Source: a virus
IMG/VR virus record: IMGVR_UViG_3300027970_000019
Location: 7,713 to 71,712 of that record
Direction: 5' to 3' (one strand)
DNA: 64,000 nt
In this document: positions 27,330 to 36,332 of the stretch, one piece after another
How the letters are laid out: each line of letters begins with the position of its first letter
How positions within the stretch are numbered: the first letter of the stretch is position 1
The notes under the pieces: generated by a model
What the model saw: only the letters and a program-made list of their open reading frames with translations
The model's database searches: none
What the model was told of the DNA's origin: nothing
Made by a program: the position numbers and the translations under genes

Positions 27330-27547
27330 CAATGAGTAAGGGATACTCACCAGTCTTTGGTTCAAGACTCATTTAACAATGAACTCGGTTTAGACTGGGA
27401 AATGCCGATAGTACCCAGCCGTGGAATAACGGTCCCAACACGCCGCCACGTAGTCTGACTTTTTTCAAAGGGGATGCCCAGCAGGTTTTTTAAATAGGAA
27501 AAAACCGATGTAACTACTCACCAGTAATCTCAAGGTGGGGAAATTTA

Positions 27548-27621
27548 GCACCCATAGCTCAACTGGACAGAGCAAAAATTTTCTAAGTTTTCGGTTGTAG
27601 GTTCAACTCCTACTGGGTGTA
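27548..27621 (+). tRNA. tRNA-Arg(TCT)
   Basis: GCACCCA/TGGGTGT; ttTCTaa. Confidence 0.9.
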
Positions 27622-27703
27622 CAAAAAAATATTTGAAATTGTTTGAACTCTTTTTAACTTTGGGTGGTTTATATTAGAAATCACCCTTTAAAAACAAAAC
27701 ACA

Positions 27704-27967
27704 ATGGCACTAATATATCTTATAGTAAATAGGGAAGATAAAATCCCAGCACTAACTGCAACCAGTATGGAAAAGGCTAAAAATCTCTTGGATGAGTATA
27801 TGGGAATGCCCCCATATTACCAGGATAAAGATGTAGAATACTTGGGTTATGAACCTTATTATTCTAAATATGGTGGAGACATATTTGAGGGTATTTACAA
27901 ATATAGATTTGAGGGGGAAATACAAGAATACAATTTGTATTGTATGGAAATTGATAACTTAAATTAA
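27704..27967 (+). CDS. hypothetical protein
   Basis: ORF track. Confidence 0.6.
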   Translation: MALIYLIVNREDKIPALTATSMEKAKNLLDEYMGMPPYYQDKDVEYLGYEPYYSKYGGDIFEGIYKYRFEGEIQEYNLYCMEIDNLN

Positions 27968-28052
27968 AAATACTTGATAAGTTATTTGGAAATTAGAATA
28001 GGAAAGTGTAATTTTACATCAGAATATAACTCACCAATAAATCTTCAATAAA

Positions 28053-28451
28053 ATGTTTACAGCAAAGACCAAAATCTCAACTTTGTCTAAATACCAGGTT
28101 GCTAAACTTGCTAACATAATTGTTGAGTTTTGCCAAATCAATCTTGGTAAAAAACGTAACAAACAATTCCCCAAACTTGTTTTGTCTTATAAGAATGAAG
28201 AAGATTGGGGTTGTTATGATCCAGAAGAACACATTGTTTATGTGTATGTGAATAACATACCAAACGTATCTGAGTTGTCAAAAACAATTATACACGAATG
28301 GACTCATACCAAACAGAACATCATTGGTGAGTATGGAAGATTGTATCGTAAACATGGGTATGACGAACACCCAATGGAAATTGAGGCATATGCTTCTGAG
28401 AAAGTATGGAATCGTAAATCATTATATTACCTAAGAAAAAAATTGAACTAA
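28053..28451 (+). CDS. HEXXH metallopeptidase-like protein
   Basis: TIIHEWTHTKQ...PMEIEA. Confidence 0.75.
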   Translation: MFTAKTKISTLSKYQVAKLANIIVEFCQINLGKKRNKQFPKLVLSYKNEEDWGCYDPEEHIVYVYVNNIPNVSELSKTIIHEWTHTKQNIIGEYGRLYRKHGYDEHPMEIEAYASEKVWNRKSLYYLRKKLN

Positions 28452-28843
28452 TGGACTTTTTATATCATAGTATTTTTAAAGACAAATTAAAGGAATTTGG
28501 ATTTGATAATCCCGCCTTTGAAGACTTATATTTATTTGCTGAATCAAACAACATTAATTGTGTTATTGATGAGGTGGATGGTAAATGGGTTTATAGGATT
28601 TATTGTAATGAATATGTATTTGACGATTGTGACGAATATGATGACTTAGATGAATGTGAGTTGGATATGTTTAGACACTTGATTATGGATTTAGAGTTCA
28701 TTATGGGTATTGAGGAAGATTGGTATTATACATTAACTGATGAACAGAGAAAACAAATTGAGAGGGGACTGGAAGATGTTAAAAATGGTAGAGTTGTCCC
28801 TCACGAGGAAGTGATGAAACAAGTTAAGGAACTTTTTAAATAA
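28451..28843 (+). CDS. acidic protein with antitoxin-like C-terminus
   Basis: LTDEQRKQIERGLEDVKNGRVVPHEEV. Confidence 0.55.
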   Translation: MDFLYHSIFKDKLKEFGFDNPAFEDLYLFAESNNINCVIDEVDGKWVYRIYCNEYVFDDCDEYDDLDECELDMFRHLIMDLEFIMGIEEDWYYTLTDEQRKQIERGLEDVKNGRVVPHEEVMKQVKELFK

Positions 28844-28847
28844 AACT

Positions 28848-28923
28848 GCGGTTGTAGTATAAAGGATGATTATGTTGCCTTGCCAAGGCAGTGATATGGG
28901 TTCGATTCCCGTCAACCGCTCCA
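28848..28923 (+). tRNA. tRNA-Gly(GCC), CCA encoded
   Basis: GCGGTTG/CAACCGC-TCCA; ttGCCaa. Confidence 0.92.
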
Positions 28924-28937
28924 AAAAAATAAAAATT

Positions 28938-29243
28938 ATGGATAAAAAGAAAGAATTTCAAAAAGAATATGAAGCATATATGAAACAAGTAACAGATAGT
29001 TTTATTAATATGCAAAGCGAGACGACAACACAAGAACATTCGAAAGATGTAATGTCACAAATGTTAATTGTTGAATGGAATTGTGGATTAGATTGGAAAG
29101 CAATCAAAACAGAAGAAATGTTTCGTGATGGAAACTTAATGGAAGAAAACAGGCAATACAATTCTGAAATAGCGAAGAAATATTTACAAGCTAATACACT
29201 AACTTATGATGAGTGGGTTGCGAAGCATAAAACAAATTCATAA
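28938..29243 (+). CDS. hypothetical protein
   Basis: ORF trimmed to ATG after tRNA. Confidence 0.55.
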   Translation: MDKKKEFQKEYEAYMKQVTDSFINMQSETTTQEHSKDVMSQMLIVEWNCGLDWKAIKTEEMFRDGNLMEENRQYNSEIAKKYLQANTLTYDEWVAKHKTNS

Positions 29244-29452
29244 AATTTTTAAAATTAAACATAACTAAGAAATATACCCAGTAATCCCCAACCCCAACAA
29301 AATCAAGGGTTTGAATCTGTTGAATTACAAGATTAGAAAATAAAATAGTAATACTTATAATTATTCCCAGGTATTGATTGACAATGGAATGTTACATATA
29401 TTTAGTGAGAGTCAACTTGAGCTTGACAATAATCTTACAAATATTTAACATT

Positions 29453-29689
29453 ATGGAAAAGACACCAATTCAAAACGTAATTGACAAAATTGATAACTTA
29501 AGAAAAGAATTTAACTCATCACCAACCGAAAAACGTATTTTCTATTTGGTTATTTCGGCCCTTTGGGATGAGTTGGATGGTGAGAGGGAGGTATTAACCA
29601 AGATATTTGATTCTGGCAAGAATGGTGATGATATGAGTGGTAAAATATGGGTGAATGAAAATTTTATTGACTATCAAAAAATATTGTAA
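29453..29689 (+). CDS. hypothetical protein
   Basis: ORF track, ATG 29453. Confidence 0.55.
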   Translation: MEKTPIQNVIDKIDNLRKEFNSSPTEKRIFYLVISALWDELDGEREVLTKIFDSGKNGDDMSGKIWVNENFIDYQKIL

Positions 29690-29954
29690 TGAAAGAAAAA
29701 AATCAAGGTAAGACTGAATCTCAAAAAGAATTCGCGTTATTTATGTTTTCCGGTGCAATGATTGGAATAATCATATTGGGTTTGATTTATCTCATTAAGG
29801 TGGGATTTGGTTTTAACCCCTCATTTAACTATGATACATAGAGAAAACTGGTATGTATCATTTAAGGTTCGACCCCCTTTTCTTTGAACCCCACGCTCAC
29901 TTTGGTCGGCGTCTAGGTTTCTGATAGGTTCCCAGATAAGTTGAACATATTCAT

Positions 29955-30028
29955 ACCCCCTTGGCGGAATTGACATACGCATATGATTTAGGACCATAGT
30001 TTTGAGAGTTCGAGTTTCTCAGGGGGTA
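29955..30028 (+). tRNA. tRNA-Leu(TAG), short variable loop
   Basis: ACCCCCT/AGGGGGT-A; ttTAGga. Confidence 0.8.
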
Positions 30029-30051
30029 CTAACAATTTAAAAAATAAAAAA

Positions 30052-30300
30052 ATGGAAGTAATTGTATCATCATTGTTAATGTTTTCTGGACTATTCAGTG
30101 TACTTAGTTTCGGAATTGAAACTAATTTTAAAAAAGGTTTAACTCTTCTTATTGTTGGTTTTATTGTTTTTATGGTTGGTTATTTCACATTCCCAAAACC
30201 CCCATTGAAACCAATTGTATTGAAATCTGGTAAGGTTATTAATACCGATTCAATTTATACAAAGGGATATAAAGATGGGATTAAAGATTGTCAAAAATAA
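30052..30300 (+). CDS. small membrane protein
   Basis: two TM segments. Confidence 0.55.
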   Translation: MEVIVSSLLMFSGLFSVLSFGIETNFKKGLTLLIVGFIVFMVGYFTFPKPPLKPIVLKSGKVINTDSIYTKGYKDGIKDCQK

Positions 30301-30358
30301 TTTACAATTTGGGAACATTTGGTGGTGATGGTTGGTTATAATAAAAAACATAATCAAA

Positions 30359-30520
30359 ATGAAAAACAAGAATAAACTCCAAGTCACAATCAACGCCATC
30401 GGTAATGGCGCAAGATTGGACTATCTTGAGAAACATCCACATGGATTTGCCTCAGTTACAAAAGTCCACAAAAGTGTAAAAAATTATTCACGTAAAAACA
30501 AAAAGAATAATGAAATATAA
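30359..30520 (+). CDS. small basic protein, possible ArfA/BrfA-like rescue factor
   Basis: GFASVTKVHKSVKNYSRKNKK tail; GGAAC-N17-GGTT upstream. Confidence 0.45.
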   Translation: MKNKNKLQVTINAIGNGARLDYLEKHPHGFASVTKVHKSVKNYSRKNKKNNEI

Positions 30521-30878
30521 AATCTATTTGGATGATGAAAGAACCCCTAATGACAAAACTTAGATTGTTGTTAGAAATTATGACCAATTCATCCAAAAAA
30601 TATCTGAACTTGGTTTTGACAATATTGATGTCATTTCATTTGATCATGATTTGGGTGATACCAGAATTGAAGAAAAGACAGGATATGACGCGGCAAAATG
30701 GTTGGTTAATGAATATTGCGACTATACAATTCATACCCCTCAAATTTATTCTCACTCAGCCAATCCTATTGGAGCTGCTAATATTATTGGTTATGTTAAT
30801 AGTTTCTTAAAACATACTAAGAAAAAACAAACCGCTGAATTAAAAGTTGAACCTTTCACTATTCAAAACAAAGATTAA
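30510..30878 (+). pseudogene. cyclic-phosphate-processing receiver-domain protein with in-frame TAG
   Basis: MKYKIYLDDERTP...T*IVVRNY...ISFDHDLG...TGYD..KWL...HSANPIG; TAG 30561-30563. Confidence 0.75.
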
Positions 30879-31369
30879 TGAATATTTTCTTTTTGGATTA
30901 TGATGTTGTTAAATGTGTAAAATACCATTGTGACAAACACGCAGTCAAAATGATCCTAGAATACGGACAACTTTTATGTGGGGCTCACCATGTAACAGAA
31001 TCCAAATTGGATATCCCTTATAAATTATCACACAAAAACCACCCTTGTTCAATATGGGTTAGAGAATCATTATCTAATTACTATTACCTATGTGAACTTG
31101 GGTTGGAGTTGTGTAAGGAATATACCTATCGTTATGGTAGAAGACATAAAACCCAAGATGTGATTGAGTGGTGTGTAATGAATCCAATCAATGTAGTTGA
31201 TAAAGACTTTACAGAACCACCAAAAGCAATGACAGATGAATATAAAGTTAACGATGTTATCCAGTCATATCGGAACTATTATATTGGGGCAAAAAAAAAT
31301 TTTGTTTCTTGGAAAAATAGGGAAGTTCCTTATTGGTTTTGTGAAGAAAATAACTTAGAATTAGTGTAA
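30878..31369 (+). CDS. pyrimidine-dimer DNA glycosylase-like protein
   Basis: MNIFFLD...HCDKH.VKMILE..QLLC...HKNHPC..W...YRNYY. Confidence 0.85.
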   Translation: MNIFFLDYDVVKCVKYHCDKHAVKMILEYGQLLCGAHHVTESKLDIPYKLSHKNHPCSIWVRESLSNYYYLCELGLELCKEYTYRYGRRHKTQDVIEWCVMNPINVVDKDFTEPPKAMTDEYKVNDVIQSYRNYYIGAKKNFVSWKNREVPYWFCEENNLELV

Positions 31370-31449
31370 TCAAAATATTTATTATTAAATTTACACTATA
31401 TGAATAATTTATTAACATCCGCATTTATCCTATTTATGATAAAACTTCG

Positions 31450-31734
31450 TTGGAGGAGAAAAGCATGACACAGAATTTAACTAAATTCCAAAGTGAGGTT
31501 TGGAACAAAATTAAACCCCATATCAAGGAAGAATTTGATTTCCAGGTTACCTTTGATGACGAACTTCAAATAAAGTTTGACATTGAGAGTGGTAAGGTTA
31601 GTATTGAGATTTTTCCCCAAGATGATGTTTTATTATTTGTCCAATATGAAACTGAAGGATTTGAAAAACAATTTTTTAACAACAGTAACTTAAATAGTTT
31701 AATAGAAATTTTAAAGAAAAATGAATATCAATGA
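31450..31734 (+). CDS. hypothetical protein
   Basis: ORF track. Confidence 0.55.
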   Translation: MEEKSMTQNLTKFQSEVWNKIKPHIKEEFDFQVTFDDELQIKFDIESGKVSIEIFPQDDVLLFVQYETEGFEKQFFNNSNLNSLIEILKKNEYQ

Positions 31735-32023
31735 AGCGTATGAGTTTGTAATGAACAAACTTGAAAAATTAAAAAATGATGGGGTTGATTATATAATTAA
31801 CGAACCAATTAAAACTTCCACCCTTATTGAAAAATATGATAAACCACAAAGACTTCCAGTTGACAAATGGATTAACGTCTCTTTTAATTTAGAAAACGAA
31901 ACTGACGTTCAAAAAATTAAGGATATGGAAGATCTATGTAAGATGGTAGGAATTTATTTTGATACAAGATTTGGTAAAACCCAACGAGATTGGGAAATTG
32001 ATTGGTCATTAAAAACAAATTAA
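31721..32023 (+). CDS. hypothetical protein
   Basis: ORF track. Confidence 0.6.
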   Translation: MNINEAYEFVMNKLEKLKNDGVDYIINEPIKTSTLIEKYDKPQRLPVDKWINVSFNLENETDVQKIKDMEDLCKMVGIYFDTRFGKTQRDWEIDWSLKTN

Positions 32024-32024
32024 A

Positions 32025-32504
32025 ATGGGAACAAATTACTATAGAATTCCTAGTGTCCGAGAAATGGATGAAAAGAAATCTAAACTTATTGAGGATATTA
32101 AAAATTTGGACATATCTCCATCCTCAATAATATTTAATTTTAAAATAGTCGGTGAAACATTTGAACAAATTTCTTATTGGGATGAATTTACCAAAAACAC
32201 TTCAATCCATTTAGGTAAAAGAAGTAGCGGTTGGAAATTCTTATGGAATTTTCATGATAACAAATATTACTCAAACAAAGAAGAATTATTTAATTTCATA
32301 AAATCAGGAAGAATAGTTGATGAATATGGAACTGAAATTGGTTTTGATGAGTTTATAACTATGTCACTTGAATGGGGACAACCTAATGGATTTGATATGA
32401 AAAAATATCGTCAAGAACATCCAAGACAATATCATTATGATTTTGAACATCAGGAGACATATATTGACGGATTAAGAGTTTCACCAAATAATGATTTTTG
32501 TTAA
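32025..32504 (+). CDS. conserved phage hypothetical protein
   Basis: MGTNYY...IHLGKRSSGWKF...IVDEYG. Confidence 0.7.
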   Translation: MGTNYYRIPSVREMDEKKSKLIEDIKNLDISPSSIIFNFKIVGETFEQISYWDEFTKNTSIHLGKRSSGWKFLWNFHDNKYYSNKEELFNFIKSGRIVDEYGTEIGFDEFITMSLEWGQPNGFDMKKYRQEHPRQYHYDFEHQETYIDGLRVSPNNDFC

Positions 32505-32505
32505 A

Positions 32506-33516
32506 ATGGAAAGGAAATTAGCAAGCATACAAATTGTAAAAGAAGTCAAACCAATACCTGGTGCTGATATGATTGAAGTTGTTAGAATAAACAACTGGGA
32601 TGTTGTATCTAAGAAAGGGGAATACAAAGTTGGTGACTTCTGTATCTATTGTGAAATAGATTCATTCTTACCTATAAAGGAAGAATTTGAATTCTTGAGA
32701 AAAACATCTTACAAGAAAATGTCTGATGGATCAGAAGGATTTAGATTGAGGACAATCAGACTTCGTGAACAATTGAGTCAAGGTTTAATACTACCTATTC
32801 ATATTTTACCTTTGGGTGAATTGGTTAGTGAGGGAAAAGATGTTACTGAAATGTTGGGTATTGTTAAATATGAACACCCAATTCCTGCTGAGCTCGCTGG
32901 TAAGGTTAAAGGACAATTCCCATCTTTTATTCGTAAGACAGATGAAGAAAGAATTCAAAACCTATCTGACAAGTATGAAGAAATTAAGAATTATGGTAAG
33001 GATTTCTATGTTACAGAAAAGTTGGATGGGACTAGTGCAACATTCTACCTTAAAGATGGTGAATTTGGGATTTGTTCAAGAAATCTTGAGCTTTTGGATA
33101 GTGAGGGTAACACCTTTTGGAAAGTTGCAAGAGAATTGAACTTAGAGGATTCTTTATCCAAATTGGGTTATAATATCTGTATTCAGGGTGAGCTTATAGG
33201 TGAGGGGGTGCAATCCAATCCATACAAGATAAAAGGTCAGACAGTTAGATTCTTCAATGTGTTCAATATTGATGAACAAAAAAATATCCCATTCACAAAA
33301 TTTCTAATCTTAATGGAAGAATTGGGTTTGAAACCTGTTCCAGTGTTGGATTACAATTTTGAACTACCAAATACAATTGATGAATTACTTGTACTGGCAG
33401 ATAAAAAATCTGAACTTAATGGGAACTTTGATAGAGAAGGAATCGTTATAAGATCATACGATAGAAAAATATCATTCAAAGTTATATCAAACCAATTTTT
33501 GTTAAACGAAAAATAA
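32506..33516 (+). CDS. RNA ligase, DRB0094/Rnl5 family
   Basis: RKLASIQ OB domain, KTDEERIQN, TEKLDGTS, QGELIG, EGIV, FKVIS. Confidence 0.92.
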   Translation: MERKLASIQIVKEVKPIPGADMIEVVRINNWDVVSKKGEYKVGDFCIYCEIDSFLPIKEEFEFLRKTSYKKMSDGSEGFRLRTIRLREQLSQGLILPIHILPLGELVSEGKDVTEMLGIVKYEHPIPAELAGKVKGQFPSFIRKTDEERIQNLSDKYEEIKNYGKDFYVTEKLDGTSATFYLKDGEFGICSRNLELLDSEGNTFWKVARELNLEDSLSKLGYNICIQGELIGEGVQSNPYKIKGQTVRFFNVFNIDEQKNIPFTKFLILMEELGLKPVPVLDYNFELPNTIDELLVLADKKSELNGNFDREGIVIRSYDRKISFKVISNQFLLNEK

Positions 33517-33524
33517 TTATCACT

Positions 33525-33845
33525 ATGGGAAAGAGACTTTCATATGAACAGAAAAAAGAAAAGTTTGTTGTTGATGCAATAAACAAGATGTTTAAAATAT
33601 CAGGTCACAAGGTAACTTATGATGACATCAAGGATAGAAAAGATGCTTGGTATCAGGAATACACTATGACTGAGAAACAAAACGACAAATGGCAAGAGTG
33701 GGGTATAAAAGAACTTCAAAAGAAACTGAATCTCACTGAGACTTATGCTAAAAGACAAATGGCTATGGTAAGTCTAATGTGGGGTCTTAAATTTAGTGAC
33801 TTAGATATTTATAAAGAAAAACATTATGAAACAGATTCTTTGTAA
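33525..33845 (+). CDS. hypothetical protein
   Basis: ORF track. Confidence 0.6.
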   Translation: MGKRLSYEQKKEKFVVDAINKMFKISGHKVTYDDIKDRKDAWYQEYTMTEKQNDKWQEWGIKELQKKLNLTETYAKRQMAMVSLMWGLKFSDLDIYKEKHYETDSL

Positions 33846-33959
33846 ATTAATTCAAAAAATAACTTTTGGTAAAGTTTGTTTGGGTTGGTGTAAAATTTAA
33901 AAGGTGTGGGTTATCTCGCACCTTTTTTTGTATATATCAATATTTATTATTAAAATATT

Positions 33960-34523
33960 ATGAAAGAAATAAATTATAAATCTAGTAATGGTGTTACAAT
34001 AACTAACCCACCAGATCAATATTTTGATGCGTTTTCTGACTATTTATCATCAATTTTTACCTATTGGGAAAAAAATAATAGCGGATGTAAATTAACATTA
34101 TCACCTAAATTACCAGCAGATACTAATGGAAAAACGGCGGAATTAAAAACAGAAACCTGCCCAAATGAATTAAGAGATTTAGTTAGTACCGCATGGAATG
34201 CAAAAAATATAACGAAAGAACTTATTAGCGGTAATGATCGACATATTAAAATTGCTTGGGTAAAGGAGGGTCCCCCTAACAATACCCCAGGTGCAACAAC
34301 GTCAAGTGAAAAAGTTACTTTAGATGATAAAGGGTCAACTGATGAGGCGAAACTTAAAGCTGACATAGAAGCAAAGGTTTATTCTACATTGGCCAGCCAA
34401 GTAGCATCAAGCAGTGGTAATACTACAACTACTACTGCAGCCAAAGTTAAAACCGAGTCAATATTAAATAATAAGATTCTACAAGAACAAATAATAAGAA
34501 TGAAACAAATAATGAAGTTATGA
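33960..34523 (+). CDS. putative virion protein
   Basis: TATTTAT upstream; C-terminal LQEQIIRMKQIM motif. Confidence 0.55.
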   Translation: MKEINYKSSNGVTITNPPDQYFDAFSDYLSSIFTYWEKNNSGCKLTLSPKLPADTNGKTAELKTETCPNELRDLVSTAWNAKNITKELISGNDRHIKIAWVKEGPPNNTPGATTSSEKVTLDDKGSTDEAKLKADIEAKVYSTLASQVASSSGNTTTTTAAKVKTESILNNKILQEQIIRMKQIMKL

Positions 34524-35155
34524 AATTTATAAAACCAATAAAATATGGAAAATTAATTGATGAGAGTCCAAAAAAATATATATATCAAGCGGATACTACA
34601 GATACAATTATAGCACCTTATGATGGAGTTATATATGACACTGATAAATCTAAATGTGATGGTTTTGTTCAAATTGCACATTTAATTGATAAAAAAATAA
34701 TATATTCAGAAATTTGTGGCGTGAATCGTAATATTTTTGTTGGAAACAATACGGAAGTTAAACAAGGGGATATTGTAGGACACTGTGGGGGGAACAATGT
34801 CACATATCAGGTTAAAGACTCTAATAGAGATACTATAAAAATTGAACCTTTTTTTATTGGTAAAATTGAAAAAGAACCAGAAAAAGAAGGATTAAAAAAA
34901 GAGAAAGAATCGGAAAAAGAAAAAGAAGGGTTAAAAAAAGAACCAAAAAAGGAAGATCCAAACAAAAATGTTGTGGATGACAAAGATAAAAAGAAGTGGG
35001 ATTTTAACAGAAAACTAGATGATATTCCAGATTTGTTTGGTTCATTATTATTAACTCCTTTAGATATTGTCAATAAAGCATTTACATTTAAAAAAAAGAA
35101 AAAAGAGGAAGAATTAAATGAAGAAATAAAAAGAATGAAACGATTATTAAAATAA
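34520..35155 (+). CDS. degenerate M23-peptidase-like protein
   Basis: IIAPYDGVI...VKQGDIVG; Zn ligands absent; C-terminal LNEEIKRMKRLL. Confidence 0.55.
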   Translation: MKFIKPIKYGKLIDESPKKYIYQADTTDTIIAPYDGVIYDTDKSKCDGFVQIAHLIDKKIIYSEICGVNRNIFVGNNTEVKQGDIVGHCGGNNVTYQVKDSNRDTIKIEPFFIGKIEKEPEKEGLKKEKESEKEKEGLKKEPKKEDPNKNVVDDKDKKKWDFNRKLDDIPDLFGSLLLTPLDIVNKAFTFKKKKKEEELNEEIKRMKRLLK

Positions 35156-35208
35156 AAAAATCCCCATTTCAATTAAGAGTGGGGATTTTACTTTTAACCT
35201 AAGTTCTA

Positions 35209-35391
35209 TTATTTACCTTCAGGTTTTTTTACTTCAACTTTAGCAGAATCAACAGATGGAGTTGTTACTGTAGTTGTTTCAACTTTAGTAGAGTCTTCAG
35301 TTGTTTTAGTTTCTTCTGTTTTAGTGGCAGTACCACAAGAAGTAAAAATAGTACCAAGTACCAATGCGATTCCAAAAATAGTGTTTTTCAT
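35209..35391 (-). CDS. small Thr-rich lipoprotein
   Basis: FTSC lipobox, Bacteroidota-style DST repeats. Confidence 0.7.
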   Translation of the reverse strand: MKNTIFGIALVLGTIFTSCGTATKTEETKTTEDSTKVETTTVTTPSVDSAKVEVKKPEGK

Positions 35392-35513
35392 TTTTAAGAT
35401 TTTTTTTTATTTAATTTTGATTATTAATCAACAAATAAATACGCAACTAGTCTAAATAAGTCAAATATATTTGAATTTTTTTTAGTTAAAATTATACTTA
35501 TAAATAAAAAGAT

Positions 35514-35870
35514 ATGAACTGGAAACACACCCTAATTATTGTTGCATCAATTTTACTTTTAGGTATTGTATTGGGATATATGATGAGATTAAATCATGTA
35601 GAAAACAATAAGAACCAAAAGATGATTATTGAACAAGAAAGAAAGACCATTGATTCATTGTTTAAGGAAATTAGTAGTATTAGAACGGAGAGAAAAAATA
35701 TGGAGCTCCAACTTAATGTATTGACAACTGATATTAAACGAAGTGAATCAAATTTGTCATACAAACTAAACCAATTAAAAATTCAAAACAATGTTAAGAT
35801 TGATTCTATTCGTAATAGTTCTAATGATGAACTTCTCATTGAGTTACGCAAGAGATTTGGAACAAAATGA
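35514..35870 (+). CDS. N-anchored coiled-coil protein (spanin-like)
   Basis: N-terminal TM plus coiled coil, overlaps next gene. Confidence 0.45.
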   Translation: MNWKHTLIIVASILLLGIVLGYMMRLNHVENNKNQKMIIEQERKTIDSLFKEISSIRTERKNMELQLNVLTTDIKRSESNLSYKLNQLKIQNNVKIDSIRNSSNDELLIELRKRFGTK

Positions 35871-36279
35871 TACCATCCCCCCAATGATAAATCTTGTTGT
35901 GATGAATGGGGATACCTTATTCACAATGAATAGGACAATGGTTGAAGAGATTACCATCCAGTACGATTCTTTGGTCAATACAACCAAAAAACTAAATGAT
36001 TGTATGGAAGTTGTTGATTCATTTCTTTTAATACAAGAGAAGTACCAAACAGCGATAAAACAATCATCAGAAATATCTGATATGCTGAAAAAGGAAAATA
36101 ATTCCAAGGACAAGGTTATTAGTAGCTATGAGAATATTGATAAACTCCAAAAGGACATTATTGGTGATATGTCAAAGGAATTTAGAAAAGCTAGAAATAG
36201 GAATAGGTTATTGACCGGATTGGCAATTGGTGGTATTACATTTGGATTTACATCTTTTATGCTTTTACTATTAAAATAA
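35791..36279 (+). CDS. coiled-coil protein with C-terminal TM (spanin-like)
   Basis: signal-like N-term, C-terminal hydrophobic segment. Confidence 0.45.
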   Translation: MLRLILFVIVLMMNFSLSYARDLEQNDTIPPMINLVVMNGDTLFTMNRTMVEEITIQYDSLVNTTKKLNDCMEVVDSFLLIQEKYQTAIKQSSEISDMLKKENNSKDKVISSYENIDKLQKDIIGDMSKEFRKARNRNRLLTGLAIGGITFGFTSFMLLLLK

Positions 36280-36332
36280 GTTGTTTATTATTTTTATGTC
36301 TTCGGACATAAAAATTTAAATAATTTATTATT

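Noticed and set aside
27415-27480. Twister or theta ribozyme call
   Set aside because: CGGTCCCAA resembles the twister P4 loop, but other conserved elements are not correctly spaced; left unassigned.
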